A stretch of 55,585 nt of DNA, from positions 1 to 55,585 of the forward strand of contig JAZQVI010000001.1 of the NCBI GenBank assembly GCA_045631745.1. Direction: 5' to 3'. Source of the DNA: Eubacteriales bacterium. GTDB lineage: Bacteria; Bacillota; Clostridia; Oscillospirales; CAG-272. How positions within the stretch are numbered: the stretch's first letter is position 1; the number at the start of each line of letters is the position of its first letter. The position numbers and the translations under genes are program-made. The notes under the pieces were generated by a model, which had not been told where the DNA came from, did not search any database, and saw only the letters and a program-made list of their open reading frames with translations. Below, piece after piece: positions 39,460 through 48,757 of the stretch.

Positions 39460-40199
39460 AATCGAATTATCTTTTAGGAGTAATCGGCGGTCTTGGCCCC
39501 ATGTCCACCTTCTATTTTTGCGAGATGCTTACGTCGCATACCCTGGCAAACTGCGATGCCGACCATATTGATATGTTGATCAGCAGTCGCGCCTCTACTC
39601 CGGACAGAACTGCGTATATCCTTGGAAAATCGTGTGAAAGCCCTCTCCCCATTATGCAAGCGGAAGCACGCCGTTTGATTGATGCGGGCGCGAATCTCCT
39701 TGTCATTCCCTGCAATACCGCACATTATTTTTACGACGGATTGACTGAGATTGTAAGTGTTCCGATCCTGAACATCATCGAGGAAACCGTTCTCTACCTC
39801 AAAAAAAGAAACATCAAAACCTTTGGACTGCTTGCAACCGAGGGGACTGTGAAATCCGAGTCCTATCACCGCCTTTGCAAAAAACACAAAATCGAATGCT
39901 TAACCCCCGATGAAAAGGAGCAGGAACAGATCTCAAGGATCATCTACGACGCGATCAAGCAGAACAAATCTGTGGATCTGTCTGTTTTTTCACAGATCTC
40001 CGGGTCTCTTATTGACCGAGGCTGTGAGTGTCTGGTGCTTGGCTGTACCGAGCTTTCCCTGCTTCGCAAGATGGGACTGGATAGCGATGTATATGTGGAT
40101 TCCATGGAGGTATTGGCATACCGTACGATCATCGCGTGCAACAAAACGCCGATCGGGTTCCCCGATTCGTTTGATTGTATGCAGGAGGAGACGGTATGA
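39456..40199 (+). CDS. Aspartate/glutamate racemase family protein (Asp racemase-like)
   Basis: GVIGGLGP, PDRT, IPCNTAH and LGCTELS two-Cys catalytic motifs. Confidence 0.9.
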   Translation: MKSNYLLGVIGGLGPMSTFYFCEMLTSHTLANCDADHIDMLISSRASTPDRTAYILGKSCESPLPIMQAEARRLIDAGANLLVIPCNTAHYFYDGLTEIVSVPILNIIEETVLYLKKRNIKTFGLLATEGTVKSESYHRLCKKHKIECLTPDEKEQEQISRIIYDAIKQNKSVDLSVFSQISGSLIDRGCECLVLGCTELSLLRKMGLDSDVYVDSMEVLAYRTIIACNKTPIGFPDSFDCMQEETV

Positions 40200-41683
40200 C
40201 ACTCAAGGATCTCCTTTCATGCCTTCCAAATCCGCCAAAACGCATCCCAAGCCTTGAAATCACCGCGATCACAGAAAATTCAAGAGAATGTGACGCGCAC
40301 TCGTTATTTGTTTGCGTCAAGGGGCAGAAATTTGATGGACACCGCTACGCGACTGACGCGTACAAGCGCGGCTGCCGCGTATTTCTCACGCAAGACGAGG
40401 TCTCACTCCCGGACGATGCCTTGATTCTGACCGTTGAGGACTCGCGCCGCTCACTTGCCACATTGGCTTGCCACTTTTATGGGAATCCCTCCCGTCAGCT
40501 CGATGTCATCGGCATTACCGGAACCAAGGGAAAAACCACGGTTGCCTACATGATCCGTCACATTTTAGAGAAAAACGGCATTCCCTGCGGCTATATCGGA
40601 ACAAACGGGATCGCTTTTGGAACACGCTATATTGAATCGAAAAACACCACCCCTGATGCGATTACCCTGCAAAAAGCACTGAATGAAATGCACCACGCAG
40701 GCTGTCGCGCGGTTGTTTTGGAGGTTTCCTCTCAAGCACTGTACCAGCATCGTGCAGATGGAATCAGATTCTCCTGTTGCATCTTCACCAATCTCTTTGT
40801 AGATCATATCGGTGAGGGGGAGCATCCCGACTTTGCACATTACAAAGCCTGCAAACATCGGTTGTTTACCGATTTTCAGACAGACAAGGTGCTATACAAT
40901 GCCGATGATCCGCACGCATTCGATATGATCCGAGATTCATCGGCACGGCTCCTTTCCTGTGCATTCCTTGCAGATGCTGACTATATTCGAAGCGACGTCA
41001 CACCAATTATGGGGAAAGATTCCCTCGGCGTAGCCTTCTCCCTCTCCCACGGCGGAAAGGAAACGCCCTTCACCATTCCGCTCATCGGAGACTTCAATGC
41101 GCAGAACGCCTCCTTTGCGGCGGCGGTTGCGGCGGAATGCTTCTGCATTTCCATGGAAAATGCCGCAAAAGCATTGGCTGACATTGCTGTTCCGGGGCGA
41201 TCGGAGGTGGTGCCCCTTGAGAGTGGCGGCATCGCGATCATTGACTATGCACACAACGGAGCAAGCCTGCGGCATTTGCTTCAAAATCTACGTGTTTTCT
41301 CTCCCAAACGCCTCATTTGCTTGTTTGGATCTGTGGGAGATCGAACCGAAATACGCCGCCACGAGCTGGGGGATGCCGCCGCTGAACTGTCCGATTTCTG
41401 TATTCTGACCTCTGACAACCCCGGGAATGAGGATCCCGAGAAGATCCTTGATGAAATTGCCGCGGTGGTCAAATCTCATCAAACACCGTATGCCTGTTTT
41501 GCCGACCGCGAGGAAGCAATCCGTTATGGCGTTGGGATCCTTGGACAGGGTGAAATTTTGGTATTAGCCGGCAAAGGACACGAAACCTATCAACTGATCG
41601 GCTCGGAAAAGAAAGCCTTTGATGAAAAAGGAATCCTCCGCTCCGCCGTTGTCGATTCCCTGACAAAAAAAAGCACCGTTTGA
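40196..41683 (+). CDS. murE: UDP-MurNAc-tripeptide ligase
   Basis: GITGTKGKTT, NTTPD, LEVSSQ, FTNL..DH, DYAHN, SDNPGNE, AGKGHETYQ. Confidence 0.92.
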   Translation: MTLKDLLSCLPNPPKRIPSLEITAITENSRECDAHSLFVCVKGQKFDGHRYATDAYKRGCRVFLTQDEVSLPDDALILTVEDSRRSLATLACHFYGNPSRQLDVIGITGTKGKTTVAYMIRHILEKNGIPCGYIGTNGIAFGTRYIESKNTTPDAITLQKALNEMHHAGCRAVVLEVSSQALYQHRADGIRFSCCIFTNLFVDHIGEGEHPDFAHYKACKHRLFTDFQTDKVLYNADDPHAFDMIRDSSARLLSCAFLADADYIRSDVTPIMGKDSLGVAFSLSHGGKETPFTIPLIGDFNAQNASFAAAVAAECFCISMENAAKALADIAVPGRSEVVPLESGGIAIIDYAHNGASLRHLLQNLRVFSPKRLICLFGSVGDRTEIRRHELGDAAAELSDFCILTSDNPGNEDPEKILDEIAAVVKSHQTPYACFADREEAIRYGVGILGQGEILVLAGKGHETYQLIGSEKKAFDEKGILRSAVVDSLTKKSTV

Positions 41684-41716
41684 GACTGATTTTACCGTCT
41701 TCAAGCGGTGTTTTTA

Positions 41717-41745
41717 TCATATCCCCCCTTTTCATCGAATACGAT
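41717..41745 (+). promoter_or_regulatory. Possible sigmaE-type promoter of cwlD
   Basis: TCATATC-14-AATACGAT. Confidence 0.45.
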
Positions 41746-41767
41746 AGACTGAAAGCGAGGCGGGCAT

Positions 41768-42511
41768 ATGAAGATGAAATGGATTCGCGTAATGGCATTA
41801 TTTTTACTCTTTTGCGGTATTTCAGGGGTATTTTCGCTATCCTCTTCCAAATTCCAGACCTCTCTCGCAGCTCCATCGGCAACCAATTCTCCTCAAGATT
41901 ATACGATTGTTCTCGATGCAGGACACGGCGGAGAGGACGGCGGTGCATCAAGCACATCGGGTGAACTGGAAAAGGAGATCAATCTTGCAATTACGATGTC
42001 TCTGCGTGATCTCTTGGTCGCGAATGGCGTGCATGTTGTTTTGACGCGTTCCGAGGACATCCTGCTATATGACAAAACCGTAGATTATCGCGGCAAAAAG
42101 AAGGCTCTCGACCTTGCAGCGCGCCGAAAAATCGCCGAAGAAACACCAAACGCCATTTTCATTAGCATCCATATGAACGCCTTTCCTCAAACACAGTACA
42201 AGGGACTGCAGGTTTGGTATTCAACTAACAATTCCTCCTCTCTTACGCTTGCGCAGTCTGTGCAGCAATTTACTGCAGATCAGCTACAGCCGGAGAACAA
42301 TCGACGCGTCAAGGCTGCCACCTCCTCGATTTACCTGCTTCATCACTTGACCTGTCCTGCGATTCTCGTCGAGTGCGGCTTTCTCTCAAATCCCGAGGAG
42401 GCATCCCTTTTGGCAAGCGAGGAATATCAAAACAAGCTTGCATTTTTGCTTTTCCTTGCAATTTCCGACGGAATGATGAAAATATCCTCTGAAATTGCAA
42501 CAAGTTCTTGA
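41768..42511 (+). CDS. cwlD: N-acetylmuramoyl-L-alanine amidase (CwlD-like, Amidase_3)
   Basis: Signal/TM segment, VLDAGHGGEDGGA, EKEINL, ISIHMNAF, LVECGFLSNPEE. Confidence 0.8.
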   Translation: MKMKWIRVMALFLLFCGISGVFSLSSSKFQTSLAAPSATNSPQDYTIVLDAGHGGEDGGASSTSGELEKEINLAITMSLRDLLVANGVHVVLTRSEDILLYDKTVDYRGKKKALDLAARRKIAEETPNAIFISIHMNAFPQTQYKGLQVWYSTNNSSSLTLAQSVQQFTADQLQPENNRRVKAATSSIYLLHHLTCPAILVECGFLSNPEEASLLASEEYQNKLAFLLFLAISDGMMKISSEIATSS

Positions 42512-42571
42512 TTTTCGGCATTATTTGAGATATAATGATAGGTGAAAACAAATGATGCGGAGGACGATCGT

Positions 42572-43954
42572 GTGAAGGGACTGAAAACATTCTATATTTG
42601 TACCGAATGCGAATATAAAGCGCCGAAATGGATGGGAAAATGTCCGAAATGCGGCGCATGGAATTCCTTTACCGAGGATGTTGAGGAGATAACCCCTGCC
42701 GCGTCGACGCCCAAACGGATCAGCATGATCCCCTCCGGCGACAATCACGCGGTTGGATTTCAGGCATTGGAGATTCCCGAATATATGCGTCAAAACACAG
42801 GGCTGAACGAGCTTGATCGCGTTCTTGGCGGTGGATTGGTTCATGGGTCAGTTGTTCTGCTCTCCGGTGAGCCCGGCATTGGAAAATCCACCCTTCTGAT
42901 GCAAATTTGTGACTCTCTTGGTACAACGCGGCGCGTTCTTTACGTGTCGGGAGAGGAGTCGGGCGGTCAGCTCAAACTCCGCGCAAAGCGTCTCGGGATC
43001 GTCGGAGACAATCTTTTTATTCTGACAGAAACAAACATCGAGAAGATCTTACAGGAAATTGATAAAATCAAGCCCGACGTAATCATTGTAGATTCCATCC
43101 AAACCGTTTATTCCTCTGCTGTCAACTCCACGCCGGGAAGTGTAACCCAGGTCAAGGAGACCGCGCTTTCCTTTATCAACAAGGCAAAAACAGACGGCAT
43201 TTCGGTCATCATGGTTGGTCACGTGAACAAGGAAGGCAGTATCGCAGGACCGAAGGTGCTGGAACACATGGTTGACGCCGTCCTTTATTTTGAGGGAGAG
43301 CGTCAGCAGGCATACCGCATTATCCGCGCGATCAAGAACCGCTATGGATCTACCAACGAGATCGGTGTCTTTGAAATGAGCGACAAGGGACTGCTTGAGG
43401 TTGAAAACCCATCTGAAATGCTGCTTGCGGGACGTCCGCGCAACATATCGGGAAACTGTGCCGTATGCACGCTGGAAGGAACGCGCCCTCTGATTGCCGA
43501 AATCCAAGCACTGGTCACGGCAACCGCTTTCCCCACCCCTCGGCGCACCACAAACGGCATTGATTACAACCGTATGTGCCTAATCATCGCGGTACTTGAA
43601 AAGCGATTGGGATTGAAATTCTACCAAAACGATGTGTATCTGAACGTCATCGGCGGCCTCCAACTGGACGAGCCTGCTTCTGACGTATCCGTGGCACTTG
43701 CTCTGATCTCCTCCATGACGGATCGGGTCGTACCCGACGATCTGATCGCGATCGGAGAGCTTGGACTGGCAGGCGAATGTCGTGCCGTATCCAATCTGGA
43801 GCAAAGAATCAAGGAGGCGGCTCGCCTCGGATTCACAAAAGCAGTCGTTCCTTACCGAAACGTAGAAAAACGCACGCTTGACATCCCCGGGATCAAAATC
43901 ATTCCCATCAAGGGAATCTATGAAACCTTGAATCTGCTGAATGATCAAAAATAA
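42572..43954 (+). CDS. radA: DNA repair protein RadA/Sms
   Basis: CTEC..KWMGKCPKC Zn finger, GEPGIGKSTLL, KNRYG, Lon-like C-domain; GTG start after GGAGG. Confidence 0.96.
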   Translation: MKGLKTFYICTECEYKAPKWMGKCPKCGAWNSFTEDVEEITPAASTPKRISMIPSGDNHAVGFQALEIPEYMRQNTGLNELDRVLGGGLVHGSVVLLSGEPGIGKSTLLMQICDSLGTTRRVLYVSGEESGGQLKLRAKRLGIVGDNLFILTETNIEKILQEIDKIKPDVIIVDSIQTVYSSAVNSTPGSVTQVKETALSFINKAKTDGISVIMVGHVNKEGSIAGPKVLEHMVDAVLYFEGERQQAYRIIRAIKNRYGSTNEIGVFEMSDKGLLEVENPSEMLLAGRPRNISGNCAVCTLEGTRPLIAEIQALVTATAFPTPRRTTNGIDYNRMCLIIAVLEKRLGLKFYQNDVYLNVIGGLQLDEPASDVSVALALISSMTDRVVPDDLIAIGELGLAGECRAVSNLEQRIKEAARLGFTKAVVPYRNVEKRTLDIPGIKIIPIKGIYETLNLLNDQK

Positions 43955-43998
43955 AAAAGTGCCCCAAACACATTTCGTGTTTGAGGCACACTTTTTAT
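43951..43998. terminator. Bidirectional terminator
   Basis: GTGCCCCAAACAC / GTGTTTGAGGCAC hairpin flanked by A and T tracts. Confidence 0.7.
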
Positions 43999-44423
43999 GC
44001 TTTGGGGGTACTGATCGGTCCGTATCCGGGTTCCGTATTGGGGCCCTGATTTTCGATAGAAGGAGTGGATTCCGTCGTACCGGGGGTGGGCTCTGTTGTA
44101 CCGCCTGGAGTGGGTTCAGTAGTAGACGGCGCAGTTGTCGTCGAGGGCTTGGTTGTTGTAGGCTTTGCTGTTGTTGTAGGTCTGGGTCTGGTGGTTGTCT
44201 GTTGGGGTGTTGTGGTGGTCGAATCATCCTGAGAGGAAGACTGATCATCGGAGCCTACATTAGCATCCGTATCAGGTGCAGCAGAAGATCCCTCTTCGGC
44301 CGTGTCACCTTTATTCAAAAACGGAAGGTTGACTCCCGCGATGTCACAGCTTACAAGGCTAAACACACAAACCATTAAAATCGTAATCGCAACGAGGACA
44401 CTCTTCTTTGCATTCATTTTCAT
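43995..44423 (-). CDS. Small Thr/Pro-rich lipoprotein
   Basis: Signal peptide with LVSC lipobox; PTTT/TTEPTPG low-complexity body; ATGA overlap with upstream gene. Confidence 0.75.
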   Translation of the reverse strand: MKMNAKKSVLVAITILMVCVFSLVSCDIAGVNLPFLNKGDTAEEGSSAAPDTDANVGSDDQSSSQDDSTTTTPQQTTTRPRPTTTAKPTTTKPSTTTAPSTTEPTPGGTTEPTPGTTESTPSIENQGPNTEPGYGPISTPKA

Positions 44424-44644
44424 TTTATTTCACTCCATCCACTTTCAGTATTTGCTCCGCCGATCTCGAGCGTTTTTTTCGGCTTTTCGGTTGTTTCGGG
44501 ACTATGCACGCTTTGGAAAGGATTTTGTGTATCCTCACCCGGGTTTTGGTCGTTTTTGTCGCATCCTACAAGTCCAACGATCAATCCGACCATTGAAGCA
44601 AGCAGAACCGCGGTTGCCATGATCAACGAAATTTTCTTTTTCAT
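44420..44644 (-). CDS. Small lipoprotein
   Basis: MKKK signal peptide with LVGC lipobox; GGAG RBS; consensus promoter upstream. Confidence 0.72.
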   Translation of the reverse strand: MKKKISLIMATAVLLASMVGLIVGLVGCDKNDQNPGEDTQNPFQSVHSPETTEKPKKTLEIGGANTESGWSEIK

Positions 44645-44692
44645 ATCTCCCACCTTCCATCTTCTTTAGGGGAACCCAGTACTTACATATGT

Positions 44693-44721
44693 ATTATATC
44701 ACATGGAGAAACACTTGTCAA
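44693..44721 (-). promoter_or_regulatory. Consensus sigmaA promoter of lipoprotein pair
   Basis: TTGACA-17-TATAAT with TG extension on minus strand. Confidence 0.8.
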
Positions 44722-44731
44722 GAATAAAAAG

Positions 44732-44767
44732 AAAAATCCGTCACAAGCAATGCTGTGACGGATTTTT
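44732..44767 (-). terminator. Terminator after tsf
   Basis: AAAAATCCGTCACA / TGTGACGGATTTTT inverted repeat. Confidence 0.8.
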
Positions 44768-44777
44768 TTATAAAAGA

Positions 44778-45701
44778 TTACTTTCCTGCAGTCATCTTTG
44801 CGATTTCTTCAGCAAAGTTCTCTTCTCTCTTCTGGATGCCTTCGCCCTTCTCGAAACGGTAGAAGTCAACGATCCCGATCTCGCCGCCAAGCTCCTTTGC
44901 AGTAGCCTTAACGTACTGACCAACAGTCATATCGTCGTCCTTAACGTAGCTCATGTCAACCAGGCAGTTGTTGTCGTAGAACTTGGAGATTCTACCCTCA
45001 ACCATCTTTGCCTTAATTGCTTCGGGCTTCTTTGCGTTTGCAGGATCGTTAGCGATCTGAGCAAGCAGAATGTTCTTCTCCTCCTCGATTACGCTTGCAG
45101 GAACCTGCTCACGGCAGAGGTAAGGAGTGGGATATGCACCGATCTGGAGCGCAATGTTCTTTGCAAATGCAGCGAACTCAGCCTTGTCAGCAACATTGGT
45201 GTTGAACTTTGCAATAACACCGATAGAGCCGGTTCCATGAATATAGGTGCTGGTAACGCCCTCTACAAGAACGAAACGACGAACGGTGATCTTCTCACCG
45301 ATCTTAAAGATCATTTCCTTAACCTTTGCTTCAACGTTCATCTCATCATCATACTTGCAAGCCATGAGAGCATCAACGTCTGCGGGCTTCTGATCGATGA
45401 TAATCTTAAGCAGATCTGCAACAAACGCCTTGAAGGACTCGTTCTTTGCAACGAAGTCGGTCTCGGAGTTTACTTCGATCATTGCGGTGGAATCACCGTC
45501 CTTGAGGATCTCAACGATACCGTCGGCAGCAATTCTGGTAGCCATCTTGGACTCAGCCTTGAGCTCACCCTTCTCACGAAGGATCTTAATTGCAGCATCA
45601 ACGTCTCCCTCTGCCTCAACGAGTGCCTTCTTGCACTCCATCATGCCGATTCCGGTCTTTGCGCGGAGAGCGGCAACGTCCTTTGCACTAATAGTAGCCA
45701 T
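44778..45701 (-). CDS. tsf: Elongation factor Ts
   Basis: LRAKTGIGMMECKKAL, EVNSETDFVAKN, RFEKGEGI. Confidence 0.98.
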   Translation of the reverse strand: MATISAKDVAALRAKTGIGMMECKKALVEAEGDVDAAIKILREKGELKAESKMATRIAADGIVEILKDGDSTAMIEVNSETDFVAKNESFKAFVADLLKIIIDQKPADVDALMACKYDDEMNVEAKVKEMIFKIGEKITVRRFVLVEGVTSTYIHGTGSIGVIAKFNTNVADKAEFAAFAKNIALQIGAYPTPYLCREQVPASVIEEEKNILLAQIANDPANAKKPEAIKAKMVEGRISKFYDNNCLVDMSYVKDDDMTVGQYVKATAKELGGEIGIVDFYRFEKGEGIQKREENFAEEIAKMTAGK

Positions 45702-45719
45702 TTTGGTTACTCCTTTCGA

Positions 45720-46454
45720 TTACTCAGCGTCTGCCTCAGCAGCCTCTGCAGCTGCTTCCTCAGTGTTGGTCTCGCCCTGCTTACCCTCGATCACTGCATC
45801 TGCCAGTGCGGAGGAGATCAGCTTGATGGCACGGATTGCGTCATCGTTTCCGGGAATTACATAGTCTGCATCATCGGGATCGCAGTTGGTATCAACGATT
45901 GCGATTACCGGAATGCCAAGCTTCTTTGCCTCAAGAACTGCATTTCTTTCCTTCTTGGGGTCAACAATGAATACAGCGTCGGGAAGCTTCTCCATGGTCT
46001 TGATTCCGCCGTAGCTCTTCTCAAGATCAAAGATTTCCTTCTGCATAGCAGCAACTTCCTTCTTGGGGAGCAGATCGAAGGTTCCGTCCTCCTGCATCTT
46101 GTAGAGGTTGTTCAGACGATTGATGGACTTCTTGATGGTCTTGAAGTTGGTCATCATTCCGCCGGGCCATCTTACGTTTACGTAGTACATCTCGCAACGA
46201 GTAGCCTCTTCCTTGATTGCCTCTGCTGCCTGCTTCTTGGTACCAACGAACAGAACGGTTCCGTTGTTCTCGGAAAGCTCACGAACAAAGTTGTAAGCCT
46301 CGTCAAACTTGCGGACGGTCTTCTGCAGGTCAATAATGTAGATGCCGTTTCTTTCTGTGAAAATGTACTCCTGCATCTTAGGATTCCATCTTCTGGTGTG
46401 GTGTCCGAAATGAACACCTGCTTCAAGCAACTGCTTGATCGAGATAATAGACAT
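45720..46454 (-). CDS. rpsB: 30S ribosomal protein S2
   Basis: [36 protein letters not shown]; start ATG 46454 after AGGAGG. Confidence 0.98.
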   Translation of the reverse strand: MSIISIKQLLEAGVHFGHHTRRWNPKMQEYIFTERNGIYIIDLQKTVRKFDEAYNFVRELSENNGTVLFVGTKKQAAEAIKEEATRCEMYYVNVRWPGGMMTNFKTIKKSINRLNNLYKMQEDGTFDLLPKKEVAAMQKEIFDLEKSYGGIKTMEKLPDAVFIVDPKKERNAVLEAKKLGIPVIAIVDTNCDPDDADYVIPGNDDAIRAIKLISSALADAVIEGKQGETNTEEAAAEAAEADAE

Positions 46455-46464
46455 TGAAATGTCC

Positions 46465-46555
46465 TCCTTCGGTTTTTTCCACCACCGCGGCGCATTGCCT
46501 AAACCGTCTCGCGACTGCAAGGCGGCACCGATGCAATCCCCGCCCGGTGTGTGTA
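46465..46555 (-). ncRNA. rpsB 5' leader (t44 / S2 autoregulatory RNA)
   Basis: GC-rich structured leader starting ACACACACC..GATTGCATCGGTGC..GCAATGC..GGTGGTGG directly upstream of rpsB-tsf; boundaries approximate. Confidence 0.65.
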
Positions 46556-46667
46556 TTTTATTTTGCGTTCGTTATATATAAACGCAACGCGAATTATTAT
46601 ATCATACTCCCCTGTGTTTTGCAACAGAGTTTTTGACATTTTACAAATTGTTAACAATTCCCTCTTC

Positions 46668-47300
46668 TCATCTGAGAATATCGTGTATTTTAATGCTCCC
46701 TCCGTCCTTGGAAACGCGCAAAACCAAATACTCGGGGCGTGCACCGTTGCTTCCCACGTCTCTGCGGTACGTTCCGTTATTCTGAAGAATCTTGTACATC
46801 AGTTTGTAGGTCACAAGTCGGCTTCCATCATCTAAATACTCTGTGCGATGGGTGTAGATACAAATATCGTACAGCATCTGCTGTGTAAAATCCGAGAGCT
46901 GATTCTTCGCTAAATACTCTTCACTGCACATCTGTCGAAGCGCATCCTCGTCCCCGAGAATGACTGTATTCAGATACGTTTCGGCAAACAGAACCTCTGC
47001 ATCATACTCGGTTCTGTTTTCTTCCGTGATCGGCGTTGTATGCTCGTATCCTGCCAAGCTGTCACAGTAATAAACCGTACGATTTTGCGACACGTATTGC
47101 GAATTTTCAAAAATATTCTCGTCTGTCACAGGATAAAATTTGATGTCTTGTTCCTTTTGTTTATCCTTTGGAAGAAGCAAAGACAGCACCAAAAGAGACA
47201 GGAGAAAAACCAGGAGGACGCCTCCGAAAATGTACAGAATTGTCTTGACATTCTTTTTCTGTTTTTTCTTCAATTCCTCCAGGATCGGTTCCTCGTTCAT
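46668..47300 (-). CDS. Hypothetical membrane-anchored protein
   Basis: Lys-rich N-terminus, single TM helix, polar extracytoplasmic domain; AAGGAG RBS. Confidence 0.7.
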   Translation of the reverse strand: MNEEPILEELKKKQKKNVKTILYIFGGVLLVFLLSLLVLSLLLPKDKQKEQDIKFYPVTDENIFENSQYVSQNRTVYYCDSLAGYEHTTPITEENRTEYDAEVLFAETYLNTVILGDEDALRQMCSEEYLAKNQLSDFTQQMLYDICIYTHRTEYLDDGSRLVTYKLMYKILQNNGTYRRDVGSNGARPEYLVLRVSKDGGSIKIHDILR

Positions 47301-47529
47301 AGCACTCTCCTTTTATCGTTCAAGTTGTTACCCATACATTCTAACACAAAACTCCCCAAAAAGCAAGATAAAACTTCCGATCGCCACTATTTTTTCAGTC
47401 TGTTCAAAAACAACAAAAAATTATGGAAAGTTGTATAAATTCTATTCAAAAAAATTCAATTCTCCTCTTGTACTTTTGATTGAGATGTGATATAATATAT
47501 TGAATATTTATTTTTCCCGGAGGCAACCT

Positions 47530-48741
47530 ATGAAATACTTTGTTTTAATCCCCGACGGAATGGCGGATGAGAAAATTCAAGAGCTTGGAAATCGCACACC
47601 AATGGAGGCTGCAATCAAGCCGACAATGGATATGTTGGCGTCCAAGGCGCTCGTAGGAACCGTATCCAATGTTCCCGAAGGAATGGTTCCCGAAAGCGAC
47701 ACCGCAAATATGTCTATCCTCTCGTTTGACCCCAAGATCTATTCGAAGGGACGCTCTCCCCTGGAAGCGGTCAGCATGGGAATTGAAATGCTTCCGGACG
47801 AAACCGCATATCGTTGCAACGTGGTCACGCTCTCTGATGAGGGAGAAGACTACGATGACAAGATTATTCTCGATCACAGCGCAGATGAAATCACCACGGC
47901 AGAAGCGGACGAGCTGATCAAAGCAATTCAGGAGAAGTTCGGAGACGATATCCGCCACTTCTACACGGGTATCAGCTACCGCCACTGCCTCATTTGGAAA
48001 AACGGAAACGATACTTACCCCTTTATGAGACCGCATGATATTCTCGGCAAGCGGATCGGCGAATACCTCCCCAAGGAAGAAAACGGCGGAGGGGAATTTT
48101 ACCGTTTGATGAGAGAGAGCTTTGACGTTCTCAATCATCACCCCATCAACGAGGCAAGACGTGCAAGAGGACTCAAGCCCGCAAACTCTGTGTGGTTCTG
48201 GAGTCCCGGAAAAAAGCCTGCCCTTCCCAATTTCCGCGAACAGTGGAACCTCCGTGCAGCCGTCATCTCTGCAGTGGATCTGATTAAGGGCATCGGTCTT
48301 TGTGCCGGAATGACCTCCATCGACGTCGATGGAGTGACTGGCAACGTACATACCAACTATAAGGGAAAAGCAGATGCTGCGATCAAGGCATTCTCTGACG
48401 GATACGACTATGTGTACGTTCACGTCGAGGCGCCCGATGAATGCGGACACCGTGCAGAGCTTGACAATAAGGTTCTCTCCATCGAAAAGATCGACTCCGA
48501 GATCCTCGCACCCGTCTATGACTATCTCTCCTCCACCGGAGAGGACTTCAAGATTATGGTGCTTCCCGATCATCCAACGCCAATCCGGTTGCGTACGCAT
48601 ACCATTGATCCCGTTCCCTTCCTCCTTTACTCCTCTGCCTCCTCTTTTGACGGCGTCGATTGCTTCTGTGAGGAAAGCGCTGAAGCAAAGAAAAACTATA
48701 TCCCATTCGGTCACAAGCTGATGGAGCTTCTGACAAAATGA
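47530..48741 (+). CDS. apgM: Cofactor-independent phosphoglycerate mutase, ApgM/archaeal type
   Basis: LIPDGMAD, ESDTAN, GRSPLEA, SAVDLIKGIG, HVEAPDECGH, PDHPTP..THT.DPVP. Confidence 0.85.
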   Translation: MKYFVLIPDGMADEKIQELGNRTPMEAAIKPTMDMLASKALVGTVSNVPEGMVPESDTANMSILSFDPKIYSKGRSPLEAVSMGIEMLPDETAYRCNVVTLSDEGEDYDDKIILDHSADEITTAEADELIKAIQEKFGDDIRHFYTGISYRHCLIWKNGNDTYPFMRPHDILGKRIGEYLPKEENGGGEFYRLMRESFDVLNHHPINEARRARGLKPANSVWFWSPGKKPALPNFREQWNLRAAVISAVDLIKGIGLCAGMTSIDVDGVTGNVHTNYKGKADAAIKAFSDGYDYVYVHVEAPDECGHRAELDNKVLSIEKIDSEILAPVYDYLSSTGEDFKIMVLPDHPTPIRLRTHTIDPVPFLLYSSASSFDGVDCFCEESAEAKKNYIPFGHKLMELLTK

Positions 48742-48757
48742 CGAGAAAGGATTTCCA

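Noticed and set aside
44060-44225. GTT/GTG-rich repetitive DNA as a possible CRISPR or tandem array
   Set aside because: Degenerate codons of a Thr/Pro-rich linker; no fixed repeat-spacer period and no cas genes
44703-46457. 584-aa plus-strand ORF spanning tsf and rpsB
   Set aside because: In-register antisense shadow of two highly biased genes; implausible composition
47545-48714. 389-aa minus-strand ORF
   Set aside because: Antisense shadow of apgM
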